Origin: Camelus dromedarius
Lineage: Eukaryota
NCBI RefSeq assembly: GCF_036321535.1
Contig: NC_087441.1
Location: 31,372,001-31,436,000 of the forward strand
DNA: 64,000 nt
Direction of reading: 5' to 3'
Positions within the stretch are counted from its first letter, which is position 1, and each line of letters opens with the position of its first letter. Under the pieces are notes generated by a model that did not search any database, was not told where the DNA came from, and was given only the letters and a program-made list of their open reading frames with translations. Shown piece by piece: positions 26,906 to 41,190 of this stretch. Made by a program: the position numbers and the translations under genes.

Positions 26906-29900
26906 GTAGCTATTGAATACCTTCTTATGGACCAGCAAAAAGAAAGTTCATTGTCAGCTCCATAAGGCTCCAGTCCATAATCAGACCTCATTTGCTTTCT
27001 TCCATGTTCTTTATTTATGCAATTTAAAATATTCAAGTCAAAACAAACTTCGCTTGATTACAAGGGATAAAAAAGAAATGCCTGTACAGGTTTGGTATTA
27101 TGTGAGTGTTTTTCAAGTGGATATCTGAAATATTCGATTTAAGAGTGGTTAAGAAATCATAAGAGCTTTCTGATTTTCATCCTGTGTCTAGGAAAGGGGA
27201 AAATTCCTAAAGACTGGCTGTCCATTAGCCAGACAGATGAGACCTCTTCCATCTTCAAATAAATGCCAAAATAATCTGGCTACCAAAAAAAATGATTGGA
27301 ATCTGGGGATGAACTCAGGAGAATCATTGTAAAAATGAAGTTCCTTGATTCTGTATCCTGCACCTTTTCTTATGACTATTTCCTCCTTCAGGGCTCTAGC
27401 TCTGAACTGGGGATGTGTTCTTGCTGGCTTAGTCAGTGTGGGTGTATGCTCATGCCAAACAGGAAATTCCCATTCTCCTTGGAGTTATAAAAGTCAAACT
27501 CTAATTAGAGGTTACAACAATAAAAGTATAAGGAATTTTGGAACAGGTATGCAGGACATTTTAAAGTAACCTTTTATTTTTAAAATGAGCTCTAAAATAG
27601 CATTCACAATTTGAGATGGTGAGTGGTAGCAGGGAAAAGAAGTGGAATCAGAGAGGAAGGGGGAGAAAGTAGAAGTTAAGACATCTGAAGGGTTCTAAAT
27701 GTAATAAAGAGAAAATGAAAACTATTCTGGTGAAAAAGCTTCTGTAATTATTCATTTGAAATAGACCTTCATAGTGTTCAGAAAAGTGTCAGAAAAAGTA
27801 CTTCTAAACTATGTTTAGAAATCAGAAATGTTCTGTTAAAATAAGATTTTTGTAATGGTAATTTTGTTATCCTCCAAAAAGATAAATATGAAAACTGAGG
27901 TGCAGTCATATCCGGCTTACTTTGTGGGGTAGAGGCTGTGAGTTTGAAGCCTGAATTGGCCCCTTTTGACTGCAACAACTTCAGTTAATCATCTGCTTTC
28001 TTGGTTGTAAAATGAAAACATATTCGAGCCCCTACTGAGTGTTAACTGCACAACTGTCCCACTTTGGTGGCGTTCTACCAGTGGAGAAGATAGAACCAGG
28101 CCAGTCTTTCCATTATGAAGAAAATGCATTAGATATGGAGTAAAACCCTAAAATGTCAAATAGAAGATCCTAGAGGGAAGCAATCCTCCAACTCCCAGAT
28201 TTTAGTTTCTTATATGGAGCCATATAGGTGTTGAACAGCACAGCTGGGACCTATAGGCCATCTGCTGGAGTTTGGAAGCCATCTACTAAGAGTTTAACGG
28301 GCTTCAAGGGTGTTGACCAATTGCTCTCAGGGCTGGTGACTGCACAAGGTTCTGTGCACCTGCTCACATCTGGCTACTTCTCTTCTCCTCCTGAGAGTAG
28401 GGAGTAGTCACCCGGGGGTAAGAAGAGTTAAGTAGAGGCAGGATGGAGGTAATTAGTTGACTCTACTGCAACTCGTTGCCTGTATTGAAATAGCTGATGT
28501 TCTGCCAACAGCAAACAAGAGGGACCTCTTAGGATACTGCCTTAGAATCCTAATGGCATTCTCATCCCAATTATACAACATTGATTGCTACTGGCAGTAT
28601 GCTTTCTTGCAGTAGAAAAATGCCTTTACCTTTATGTAACCTGGGAAGGATGATTTTCTGTCTCTCAGGCATCACAAACTATCAGTGAGACAGAGGTTTT
28701 TGTAAGTCATTTTGTGGAAACGACAACTAGCTCTGAATGCCAGGACAGGTTCATGCACACACAACATAAAGTGAGCTTACGGAGGGGACTGTATACAATA
28801 TGGAGGAGGCTCTGTGAGGGGTCTCTGCTCCAGTTAACTGAGAGTCCGCTGCCCTTCATGAAGTCCTGCTGCCATTGGAACAATATTTATTTTCAAAGCT
28901 TTGAAATCCCTATGCTATTTGGGAGGAAGAGGTATGTCACCACTAGGGTCTGGTGCTTGGAGAAGCATTGATGACAGAAAATTGAGGAAAGAATTAACCA
29001 ACAGAGTTAATCCTCCACCTTTGAAAATGGAAAAGAAAAAAAGTAACAAGATGATGATGATGGGAACTGTGTTAGATCTTTTTCGTTTCAGAATCTGTTA
29101 CTCTTTGTGTTGTCTCACCCCTCACTCTGACATAAGAATCTTAAAAGAAAATTCTCTTAACTTTTCCTGGTCTTTACTCTAGAGGGCTCTTAACTGGCCT
29201 ACTGCAATAGTACCATCTATCTTGGGACTTTTATTTTCTGTGCGCTTGGTTAATACATCCTATCTATTACAGTGAGCTTTCTTTCTAGAACACAAAATAC
29301 TTAGAACTATAAATTTCAACAATAGTGTCTCTGTTCTTTTAAAAAATGTTTTCAAGTATGTAGAGAATGTATCTGTTTACTCAGACTCTTTTTGCAGACA
29401 GACCACTTTAATAAACAATGCTTATTCTGCATGTTTACAATTATTTATTTTCTTTTATAAAATAAAGAACTGATCGTAACTATACTTGGTTTGATAGGGC
29501 ATGTTTAAGTTATAAAATGTGAAAAAGAAATCCTGAATGACAAATCAGCAAAGAAGCAGCTCAAGAGACAGTTTAAATGGGGACTTTCTTTGGCATTCAA
29601 GTATTTCCCCCTGGTTCTGGTAGTTAACTTATAATTTGAAAAATGGAATGGTAGTCATTGATCTTTTTTAATGAAATTACCATAAATATTTTGAAGTGCA
29701 TCAATTAAACAGTATGATTTTAGTCCTATCTTCTCAGAGGCAGTAGTTTGTTGAATAACATAGGCAGGAATAAAAGAGAATAAGTTAAAAGCAAAGAATA
29801 ATGTGCCAAGTTAACATAGGAAACTTGCCTTCCAAGTTACCAATTGTTGGAAATGCATTTTAAAAGATGTATTGATTTAGGAATTATAAACTTGATTGGA

Positions 29901-31894
29901 TTTCTTTAAATGAAATTACATTATGTAGTTGTATGCAGTCTGAAAAGATTCCCAAGACAAAGTCTTGGGCAGGTGGCACTTTTCTTTGACTCAGATGCCA
30001 AGTTCCCAATGAAATCAAAGTAGTAAGCAGATCAGAAAATCCCTGTTGGTGGATTATTTTGTGAAACATATTGAACTTTTATTATAAACTTCAAATTTCT
30101 GTATTTTTTACATTAAAGTACATATCAGTATTACACACCCTGTACAGTGTGGGTGAGATTCCAGTTCCTTTCTTGGCTGGAATTTCAAACTATGTTCTTG
30201 AAACAGTAAGACATTGTACAAATAATAGATTCTTACAACAATGGACTAAGGACCTCCTGTTGAGGACACATACAGTTCCCATATAAAACATCTATTGATT
30301 TTGATGTTTCCAGTGTCGTGGCTTCATAAAAATTGTTCAATAAATGTATGTTGAAATGTTTGTTGCATTTGCTGATAAACCATACCCAAGGGAGCTAAGT
30401 CTCTAACTCTGGACTCTACCAGTTTAACACAGGACCTGGGGCTCTAGGCTGAACTTGGAGTGATCTGTCCCTGAAAGCTGAGCTTACCTGTGTTTCAGTA
30501 TCTTCATGGAAGCATGTTACCTATGTAGTTATTGAAGAGTTGTTTGCTTCCCCGACTTCTCTATCCAACCTGCCTTAAAGAGGGGTTTGAAATGGTTCTC
30601 AGTAAATCATAACCATTGAAATAAGGGTTTAAACATTTGGTTAAGTAAGAATTCTGGGAACATGAAGGAAAACTTAATCCAAGGAATGTACACTGTTGTC
30701 TAAGTTTAGTAGCAAATCAAGGCAGAGAAATTCTCAATGAACTGTGACCAGATATGGAGGCAACACCAGGTTTCACATGAGGTCGCCAGAGCAACCATTA
30801 AGAAAATCAGTTATAGCACAGCAGAATGTGGACAATCATAAACAGCCTTTATATGATGATGGAGGGCAACCAACGGGTGGATGAGCCTTTGTAGTAATTG
30901 TCAGTTCTTTTCTATATAATCAGTAAATTAGGAGTTTAAGTTTTTCAGAAAATAAAATTAGGACATTTTGTCATTATGTTGTGTATGGTTTATTAAACAG
31001 CACATACGTCATGGAGTCAAGAAACTGGCTTTGAGACCTCACCTTTCATTCCCTGTAATGTTGAGCAAATAATTTGAAATTTGTAGGCCTCAGTTTTTTT
31101 TTTATTTTAAATGCAGAAATTAAACTGAATGCTTTCAAAGGTCTCTATAAAAATGTTATTTTCTGTTTTGTCAGTTATCCACTTATGTGCTTCTTGAAAG
31201 TCTGTTCATGGTCAGGATGCCATCCCATTTCACTACTATTATTTTATTGCTGTAATTATTTTTTTCATTTAGTCAGCCAACAGACATTTCTTGAACAGTA
31301 ATTTTACTACCTGTTGTAGTATGGCTGTATGAATACCATGGAGGACACAAAGATACAGATGTCAGAATGTTGCATTAAACTCAAGTTTGCACTCACTGAA
31401 TGCTCCACTAAAAAGTTTTTAACCACAGAGACTAAGACCCACAAGGTTCTCTCTGGCTGTTGCTACTCTTCAGCATTTAGGGCCTGGCTTAGGGTAGAAA
31501 TCAGAACTGAACACCTGATGTGCGAAAACCCTGAGGACAAGTGAAACTTTCCGAATAATCTGAGCCCCACTATGTATGTAGCCTTAGTTCTCCACCCCAA
31601 GAGGCCACTGAGACACCATCATAACCAAAGAATTCACCATCTTTTCCAATAAGAAATATACCAGAGTATTGAATGGTGGTACTGAGACATTCTAAATTGC
31701 ACGAAAAGTCTCTGAGCTGAGGTCTTTAACCATATAATTCTATGGAGTGAAATCTGCCCCCAGAAGGCTGCAGGTTCTCACCCTAGGCTGTGTGGCATAT
31801 GAGTTAATAAGCAGTGGTCATTGGTTAAACTTCCAAACATTTATCTTTTGCTGTTTTTTTTTTTATTTTATTTTTATTTCAGAGTTATTTATTT

Positions 31895-32085
31895 GTTTTT
31901 TAGCTGAAGTATAGTCAGTTTATAATGTGTCAATTTCTGGTGTACAGCATCATGTTTCAGACACACATACATACCTATTTTCCTTCCCATAGTCTTTTTC
32001 ATCTTCATTATAGGTTACTATAAGATGTTGAATATAGTTCCCTGTGATATGCAGTATGAACTTGTTGTTTATCTGTATTTTTTAA
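31895..32085 (-). mobile_element. L1 3'-end fragment (artiodactyl-type)
   Basis: ttttagctgaagtatagtcagtttataatgtgtcaatttctggtgtacagcat...ataggttactataagatgttgaatatagttccctgtg. Confidence 0.8.
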
Positions 32086-34069
32086 ATAATACGAGACTTC
32101 TCTGATTTTTTTGAAGATGAAAATTCTTTATGTTTCCAAGAGCATAATAAGAATCTCTCTGAGGTAACTTGGCTTTTGTATGTGTGTGTGACAGACAAAA
32201 ACCTCATGTAGAACAGACCCCATTAAACAACCTAGTCCCTTCCTTACTCAGGGGTGTGGCTGTCACCTAACTAGTCCCTGGGTGCCTTTAGGCTTTGGAG
32301 CAGTAATTATCAACACTACTCTCTACCCCTCCCCTCTACCATGGCCACCCTTGGCTGCCTGAGGACAGCTCTGCTGTCTCAGCCTTTTCCTTGAGGCTAA
32401 AACCCAAAAACTTTGATCAGACATTAGTTTAGGAAACATTTTTAAACAAACATTTATTGAATATGTATATAGTGTGTATAAAGGGAATACCAGTTAATGT
32501 CACCATGAGAGTAATCCGTGACCTCAAGTTAAAAAGACAGCCTTATAAAGGTTGTATTTCGACAGTAACCACACATTTGCATCACTGTCCTGAATTCTTT
32601 GTTGTTCATTTATCCCAGTGTGGTGACCTCTATGAGGACAAGGCCCACACCTACTTTGACCACTGTCGCATCTTCAGCATCCAGTTCAGTGCCTGGCAAG
32701 TAGTCAGTTAGACCATATTCCATCATAGTATAACAATGGCTATTTCATATTTAATTTATCTATATCTTTTTACTGCACTAGAGTGTAAACTCCCCGAGAG
32801 TAAGGAGTAAGTCTGTCTCATTCATCATGGTGTCCACAGTAGCCAGCAATTGTGGACCAAAAATTGACAAACAATTTTGGGTGAGAGGATGAGTGGAAAT
32901 TAGGAGAGGTGTTTCAGGCCTTGTTTTGCAGAGAGAACAAGCAGCCTGACTGGAACCAGGGCTCCTTCCGTGGTCCTGAGGGCAGTGCAGACAAGATGGG
33001 AAGGAAGCAGACAAGTGACTCCAGCCTCACCCCACTTCCAGAACTAAAGGTCTCTTGAGGCTTTGCTGGAAATTGCCAGGCCTCTTCTTTGCATCTCTCA
33101 AACCCTAGCTGCTTCTCAGAAGCAGTAAGTCTTCCCTGAAACAGGGTCTCCTAGGCTTCTTGGCGGGAGAATGAGGACAAGAGCTCGAAAACAAGAGGAC
33201 AGCACTGACACCCTGGGAGTCAGCCCTGCAGTTTAACCTCTGTGTTCTTTGGTGAGAAAATGGGAACTTCAGATTTAGAAAATGAGAGAAGACTTCAGAT
33301 CCTGCCACTCCTAAATACTATCTAAATTTGCTTTCAAGTTTCAATGTCTAGAACAGTCAATTCATTGAATTTGGCTGGGGAGATGTGGAAAATGACCGCA
33401 GGGCTGCAGTTGCTCAATAGTGTTGAGTGCTAATTATAGGGCAGTCACTGTACAAGATACTGTACGTATCAGTATATTGTTAATAGTTTCATTTTAGAGA
33501 TGAACACTCAAGGCTCAGAAAGCAGACCTGGTCCGCTCCAGTCCATCTGCCTCCAAGCCCAGTGTCTCCACTGGCCAGGTCGGCCTCACCCCTGAGACTC
33601 AGGCTGCCCCTTCCACAGCCACTTCCATCTTCCTGACCCACAGGTGACCTGCCCTCTGTTGGGACCTCAGTCCTTCCAGAATCTCCAAGTTCTGCACCTC
33701 TAGCACACATTTGAGGAATGCTCTGGGCAGGCATTGGGAGAATACTTCCAAAGTACCTATAGGAAATATCTATTTTATCACACCAAAAAAGGAATCTTTG
33801 CAGGAAAAAAAAAACAACCTTAAGAACATAAAGCTGGAAAAATGTTTTCCCATCTGTTGATCTTATCTCTTCTTTTTACAGACTTAATACCTGTATTATT
33901 TCAGATAGGTCAGTTAATACCTGACTCTATTTAATCACCTCTTAAAGGAAAATAAATACTTTTCCAATCCAGTCTATTCACAAGGCTAACAGGAGATATT
34001 AATATATGTGAATGTGTTTGGAAAACTGTAAGAGCTGATACAGACATCAGGGTTTTTTTGTTAGCATAA

Positions 34070-34170
34070 CAATATATTATTATTATTATTATATTATTAA
34101 GAATAGTGTATAATAATAGTGTATAATAATATATTATATAATAATATATTATTACTATTATTACATAACT
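34070..34170. repeat. AT-rich low-complexity tract with a short tandem duplication
   Basis: (att)n followed by aatagtgtataat twice. Confidence 0.75.
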
Positions 34171-34235
34171 CTAGGTTAACTGATTAAAATTTAACTCCTA
34201 AAAAGAATTTTTAAGTCCATGAGATTAAAATTTTA

Positions 34236-34384
34236 TTTTATTTTATTTTTTAAAACTTTTAATTGGCAGAGGGAGGTAATTAGGTTGTATTTATTTATTT
34301 TTTTTAAGAGGAGGTACTGGGGATTGAACCCAGGACCTTAAGCATGCTAAGCTTGTGCTCTACCACTTGAGCTATACCTTCCCC
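34236..34384 (-). mobile_element. Camelid tRNA-Ala-derived SINE (vic-1 type)
   Basis: gggaggtaattagg...gaggtactggggattgaacccaggacc...agctataccttcccc. TSD tccatgagattaaaatttta (34216-34235, 34385-34404). Confidence 0.92.
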
Positions 34385-37337
34385 TCCATGAGATTAAAAT
34401 TTTAGATCGATCTAGGACTCCAATTCTTTTATATGGGCCTTTGAAACACTTGCTTTCTCTTTTCTCATGAGTGTCTACTACTCTCTGAAGCTGCCCTTTA
34501 CATCTAACTTTACTATAAAGTCATTCCAACTTCTTCCACCTGTCCTGTTCCCTCTTCTATGATGTCCTTAGCCCATGCTGCTCACATCCATTAGCTCACA
34601 TTTGCAAAGGTGTAGGGGGGCAGTCTGCTGACAGAGAGGCTGCACTGTCTTCCCTGCATCCATCAGCAGGGATGACAGTGGTAATTTGTCTGGATTAGTG
34701 TTTCTCCTCTACCTTTGCTGCTCTATAAATATTCTTTTTAGAGAGAAACATTTTAGCAGGGAGAAGAGGCTATTGTGTTCAAGCACAAGACTCTTTAGAT
34801 TGTTTTGTAGCTTTTATTGACTCCATAGCTAAATTCTACGCTCTCTGAATTTAAGAATCATTTCTGTTGAACTCACACGCAAAGACTATTATACATACAA
34901 AAACTATTAATAAATGTGCAGGCAAGACAAGTGTTTCAGAAGATATGATTGCTGTCAGAGGAGCCCAGCTTTAGCTCCTAAAATTAGAATTTACTCGGTT
35001 CCTTTGTTTTCCAGTACTTGTGTTACATTTGAGTAAATATAGCATGTAATTTCACTGTATATTAGAAAGTATTTTCCAAATTGAAAATTCAGTCATATCT
35101 CAAATATTTTAGACTTCATTGCATTTTAATGGGAACACAATCACTTGTTTGATGTCTGTTCCAATTCCATTTTTATATTTCAGGGTCAGTTAAACTGATC
35201 TTTATCCAGATGGTAAATGACATTTGAAGATGACATTTAGCTTCTTTCTTGACATTTTCCATTTTATACTTATATATTTCACTTGATGGGGTCATTAATA
35301 CTCAGCATGATTCAACTCAGAAGTGCTTAAAATTAAAAATTCAAAGTGGTCTATATTCATCTTCCAGCTAGCTTAGTTATTTCCAATTTGTCTAGCCAAC
35401 TAATCATAGTGGTAAATAAAATTAACTGCATTATTTTTTCTTTCCTTCACAAAGTAGGCATTCTTGAATTGGCCAAGAACCTTGAATAATAGTAGAAATA
35501 ATTAGACAGCCCAATTGATTATTGCATTCAAGTGCATAATGAGCGACTAATATGTTGGTATGTGGTTATATTCACTGCCTTCTTGCACATGGAAGAAAGG
35601 GTTTTCATAGAGTTTTGTGAAATGGTAGCTATCTGTTTATAGTTAGGATAATCTGTTACATGGAAAGTATTGTCCTTCAAGGATAAAATACAATTATTGG
35701 ATTCATTTATATAGAGGTATGAATAGATTTAAATTAGAATAATTATTCTACAATGATTCAGATGATAACTTTTTTATTTAAGATAGTTCTAATTCTACTT
35801 TGAGATAAAACTTTAAAGTTTTTTTTTTTTGGTAATACATGCACAATTCTCAGTTTTCCCAATTACCAAAATCAAGAATGAAACCCAAGATTAATTCTTT
35901 TAGTTAGTACAATCCCTTGGATTACTGTCTGTATTTGTTAATTTAATATGGGGTTATAGACTAAGTTCGTTACTATTAAATTATTCATTGTTATAGTATA
36001 TACTTTCAATTAAAAGAGCATCTTTGCTTCATATATAATTACATAGTCATATAAGCAATTTCAATACTTATTGTCAATGATTTTAAACCATAACTTTTAG
36101 ATTTCTGAGAACTCAATTTTGAATAATCTTTCGTTGATTAGATAATGCTCTTTTTTTCAAGAAACGTCTGCGGATGTTATATTTTCTAAGCTCTTGCACT
36201 TTTAAAAATAGCATTTGGTTGACTTCACACAGGAATGGTAGAATAGAATTATTAGTCAAAAGTTTTTTCTTTCACATTATGTATTTTGTTCCACTAGCTT
36301 CTGGCCTTTGTTTTTCAGGGGAGAGTGTGAGATCGGTCTGACTTTGATTCCTTTATACATCAAATTACTTGCCCTCTGCATGTTTATGGATATTTTTCTT
36401 TAGCCTTTTTGTATCAATTAGTGTCCCTCAGTAGGAAATAAAATTCACCCTAGATGGGTCAAATGAATCGGATTACTCACAGTGGAGTGGGTAGGATTAA
36501 GGGGATATATTCTTAATTGGGTCTGGTGAGGCATTCAGAGAAGGCTAGCAACACTTGGAAACCATCATCACCTCTAGAGATGAGGACATTGCTGAGGAAA
36601 TAGTGTTAAAGGGGCCAGTGAGCGCTGGAACTGTGGACAGGGTCCACCCAGTGGGAGCTGTCTTCTGGAGGGTCTTAGCTCCTACTGAAATGTGGTGGAA
36701 AAGTGAAGGAGCAAAGAGAAATATTCTGAACTCTCTCTGCTCCTACCCTCCATCCCTCAGCATTTCTGCCAGGGCCTTCTATTGTACAAACCCAAACAGA
36801 AAGCAACTGCCTGCTGAGCTCAGCTTCCGGAAGTACAAAACAGGACAGAGAAGGGGAAAGAATGAATCCGGAGAACTGAAAGGGAATAACCAGTTCAAAA
36901 ACATTACCAGGGCATATCTAGGTGGTGGTCTTTGTTTCTAATACATCCATAATGCATAGACCCTTTACTTTGAAAATTAACATTTATTTATTATCTCCAA
37001 GGAAATTGTAGTATAGGCTTGATAATCACATACACTCTATTTTTTTCTTAATTTTCTGCCATGTCAGTTGTCTTCTTTAAATACTCCAGTGCAAAATTTA
37101 ATTTTTGAATTGAATTTTAGTATTCTTTGTGAGTTTTCTTATTCCCAAAGGCTCCCTATTCTTCAGAGTTTAATCTCCTCTATGACTTTCTATTTTTAGT
37201 TCATAGAGGTCATATTCATTGTCTTATTAAAAACTTAATGTTTTCTAAAGCTGCTTTCTGTAGCTCTGAAAATTATTTCAAAGTAATATTCAGACATATA
37301 ATTTTTGTTTTTTCTTTTCTCTTTAGCTGAATACTTC

Positions 37338-37420
37338 TTTTTTAACTGAAGTACAGTCAAATTACAATGTGTCAATCTCTGGTGTACAGCACAATGTCCC
37401 AGTCATGCATATATATATTA
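37338..37420 (-). mobile_element. Short L1 3'-end fragment
   Basis: ttttaactgaagtacagtcaaattacaatgtgtcaatctctggtgtacagcacaatgtcccagtcatgcatatatat. Confidence 0.75.
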
Positions 37421-37459
37421 GATGAATACTTTGAAAAAATTGACCCAACACACTTTTAG

Positions 37460-38700
37460 CAACTTTATTGACGCATAATTTACATAACATAAATTCATTT
37501 GTTTTCAGTGTACAGTGTAATGTTTTTTAGTAAATGTACAGAGTTGTGCAACCATCTCCATAATACAATTTTAGAACATTTCTCTCACCTCAGGAAGATT
37601 CTGAGTGCCACTGGCAGTTACTCCCTGTTATCAGTCCTACCCCCAAACAAGTTTTTCTGATCTATAGCTTTGTATTGTCTAAATATTTCATACAATATGC
37701 GGCCTTTTGCATCTGGCTCCTTTCACTTAGCCTAATGATTTTGAGGTTGATCCTTGTTGTAGTGTGTATCAACACTTCACTCCTTTTTATTTCCNNNNNN
37801 NNNNNNNNNNNNNNNNNNNNNNNNNNNNNNNNNNNNNNNNNNNNNNNNNNNNNNNNNNNNNNNNNNNNNNNNNNNNNNNNNNNNNNNNNNNNNNNNNNNN
37901 NNNNNNNNNNNNNNNNNNNNNNNNNNNATTTTTATGAATAATGCTGCTTTGAACCTTCACATGTAAGTTTTTGTGTGGGCCTATGTTCTGATTTCTTTGG
38001 ATAGATATCTAAGAATTTATGAGTCATATGATGCATTTATGTTTAACTTTTTAATGAAACTGCCAAACTTCTTTTCAAAGGGTTTACATCACTTTACATT
38101 CTCACTGGCAGTGGAGGAGGGTCCCAATTTATCAACATCCTCACCAATGCTTACTATTTTTTTCATTATAACTATTCTATTAAGTATTAAGCAGTATACC
38201 ATTGTGGTTTAAATGTGTGCTTCCCTAGTGATGTGGAACCTTTTTTCACGTGCTTATTTTCTTTTCACATATCTTCTTTTGTGCAATGTCAATTCAACTT
38301 TTTATTCTGAATTGGATTATTAATCTGCATATTCTTGAGTTCGAATTTAAGCTCTTTGTATATTCTGGATACAAGTCTTTTATCAGATGGTGTTTTTTGA
38401 AGTGTAAAACTTTTAAATTTGGATGAAGTCTGGTTTGTTTTTCCTTTATCACTTGTGTTTTTGGTTTCACATCTGAAACATCTTTACTTAATGTACAGGA
38501 AAACTGTCCTACTGTTTTTTTTCTTCAGAGTTTCCTAGTTTTAGAAATTACATTCAGGTCTACGACCAGTTTTGAGTTAACATTTGTGTGTGGTGTGAGT
38601 TAGGTGTCTAAATTCATCTTTTGCATATGGAGTTCCAGTTGCCCCAGCACCATTTGTGGAAAAGACTATCTTTTCCCTTTTGAAATGACTTTGTCTGATA
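37460..38700 (-). mobile_element. Older L1M 3' UTR/ORF2 fragment containing an N-run at 37795-37927
   Basis: caactttattgacgcataatttacataac...ggctcctttcacttagc...gaaactgccaaac...cagcaccatttgtggaaaagactatctttccc. Confidence 0.8.
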
Positions 38701-39329
38701 CACTTTCATCTCTTTTTCTAATTTCTATTTCTTTTTAGAAAATGTTATCATTGAATGTCAGGCTTTCTTTCTGAATTCAATCTCGGTCAGATACTGTGTA
38801 ACTACTTTCTTAGTCCCCCTCACTGCCCACTCTCAGATCCAAAGCTGTGGTGCAATTTGATATGTACGACTCCAGCCCAATTTCTGATGCTAGTAGACGT
38901 TCATCTTTCTGGCCTATTCTGGAAGAATACAGGAGAGTCTGCTGTTGCAGCACTCAGGCACACTGACTATGAGGAAAACTTGAATCTCAGAAAAATTTGA
39001 AGCCGCTTGTACTTGTTCTTTGCCTGCCTTTATTATATGAAAAACAGTAAACGCCAACATGGGTGCTTCCAAGGCTTTTCTGTCTGTACTTCTACCCATG
39101 AAGCCCCGGATAAGAAAAGAATATGTCTCTTGATCCATTGCACAGTTAATTGTCTAGCTCCTTCCCTGCCTGTTTCCTCCTTGTATTGCAGTTTTAACAA
39201 GAGAGCTGCTGACTGCAAATAGGCCAGGCCGGTTCTCCAGATATGTGATAAGACAAAAAGGGCTTGTGCAATATTTACGTGTGGGAGAAAGTAGGGATGT
39301 AGATATGTTGGCTGCCTAGTTTGTTTGTT

Positions 39330-39870
39330 TTTTTTTTTTTTTTTGATAACTTTATTGAGGCATGCTTTACATATCAATTAACCCAGTTAATTAATCCAAG
39401 TTGTGCAATTATGACAATAAGTCGGTGTTAGAACATCTGCATCACCTCAGTAAGATCCCTTATGCCCATTTACTCTTCGTCTCCAACTGCCAGTATACTT
39501 CCTCTGTCTACTGACTTGCCTTTTCTAGACATTTCATATAAATTGAATCATACAATGTATAGTCTATTTTCCTGGCTTCCTTCACTTAACATAATGTTTT
39601 TGAGGCTCATCTGTGTCATTTCACTTATCAATAGTTCACATTTTTGTTGCTGAATACTATTCTGTTACATGGACACCAAATTCTATGTATCCATTCATCT
39701 GTAGATGGACATTTGGATTGTTCCTATGTGAGTTACTGTGAATAATGCTAAGAATATTCTTGTGCAAGTCCCTGTATGAGTATAGGTTTTCATTTCTCTT
39801 GGGTATATATGAGTGGAATTGCTGAGTCATGGGGAATTTGTGTTTAACCCTTTAAGAAACAGGGTTGTCT
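39330..39870 (-). mobile_element. Older L1M 3' UTR fragment
   Basis: taactttattgagg...ttttctagacatttcatataaattgaatcatacaatg...ccattcatctgtagatggacatttggattg...gagtggaattgctgagtcat. Confidence 0.8.
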
Positions 39871-41190
39871 AATCTTGATTGGTTTGCATCTCCAATTCTT
39901 CTATTTCAGACAGTAAGGCTACGTACAAGATACATTATTTCTTTGTTGAATTCCACTGATGCTATTGTTGAAGGAAAATTTCCCCAGATTCTGGCAAATA
40001 CTTACTATTAATCTTAGTTTCCAGTCTTACTGCATGTACATTTTAATCTTTGCCTTCAAGAATAAGAAAAAAGTGTTAGCTTCAAGTTATATTACCCCTG
40101 AATTCTTTTAATTTGAGCAATGATGTGAACAGGGTAAATAATACCATAGGAAATGAATCTGGTTCATCTTTCCATAACTTCCTTGATATATGGAATATTT
40201 TCTTCCTATTCCAGTGACATCTCATGCTCTCTGTTCATGGATGTGTCCCCCAAGTACTTACTTATTATTTATTAAGGCACTACTGTATGTGTAGCAGTTA
40301 AGTTGCTCTCATGTCTGAAGATGTGTGTGCCTTCTTTAGCCTTACATCAAGTGACTAAGTAAATTGACTCAGCTGAGAATATGGTACTTGTTTTTGTTCA
40401 AAGTGAAATTTCTGAAATTAGTGATTATTTATTCCCAAATAACTTTGAAATGAGCTAACTTGATCACAATACACTTTCAAAGGATATGAAGATACCCCTT
40501 AATATAAAGTAAAATCAGATTATAATTTATTTCAATGAGCATTTGTTCTATTATCAGTAAGTAGATTTCAAATTATGTATTGGTATATGGATAGAGGTTA
40601 GGTTAATGGTGTATGGTTAGAGTACCATTGTGGTACTTTTCCACCTAGACTAGAAATTGCCCCAGAAACTTGCTTCTACTCCCTTGAAGTGCATTTCAGG
40701 AAATGCTGAATACTATGACCTTTAAAATTTTATCACAAAATATCTTTAATGTGTGATTGTGTAAAGAATAATGTTAAAGCACCTATGTAATACCCACCCC
40801 TTAGCTTCCTGTCATCTTGTAATGGTGCTTCAAGCATATTTCTTACAAGATTCTAAAGCTGATACAAAAATGATATTAATATCACTGCCTTAATTAGATA
40901 GAAGTTGGTCAAGATCCAATATAAAAAAGACTGGGCATATCATTTTAACTTATAAATGCTGGCCATGGTTTTTTTTTTTCCATTTGACTCATTTTAGAGA
41001 AAAGCCATAAGGAACTGCTTTCACTGCCCAGCCATAATTTTCTAAATGTATTTTAATTGCTAAATGCAATGGTGCTTAGAACTCAATTCATTAACTAGAG
41101 CAAATGAGAAGGGACTATACATCTGCATTTGCTGATGACATTCATAGCTTAGTAAGCATACATTTATTGTAGATTGAGTATCTAATTTTT

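Noticed and set aside
29963-29982. Weaker CTCF-like strings here (gggcaggtggcact) and near 61122 (gccagtagatggagg)
   Set aside because: Mismatches at core positions; expected by chance in 64 kb.
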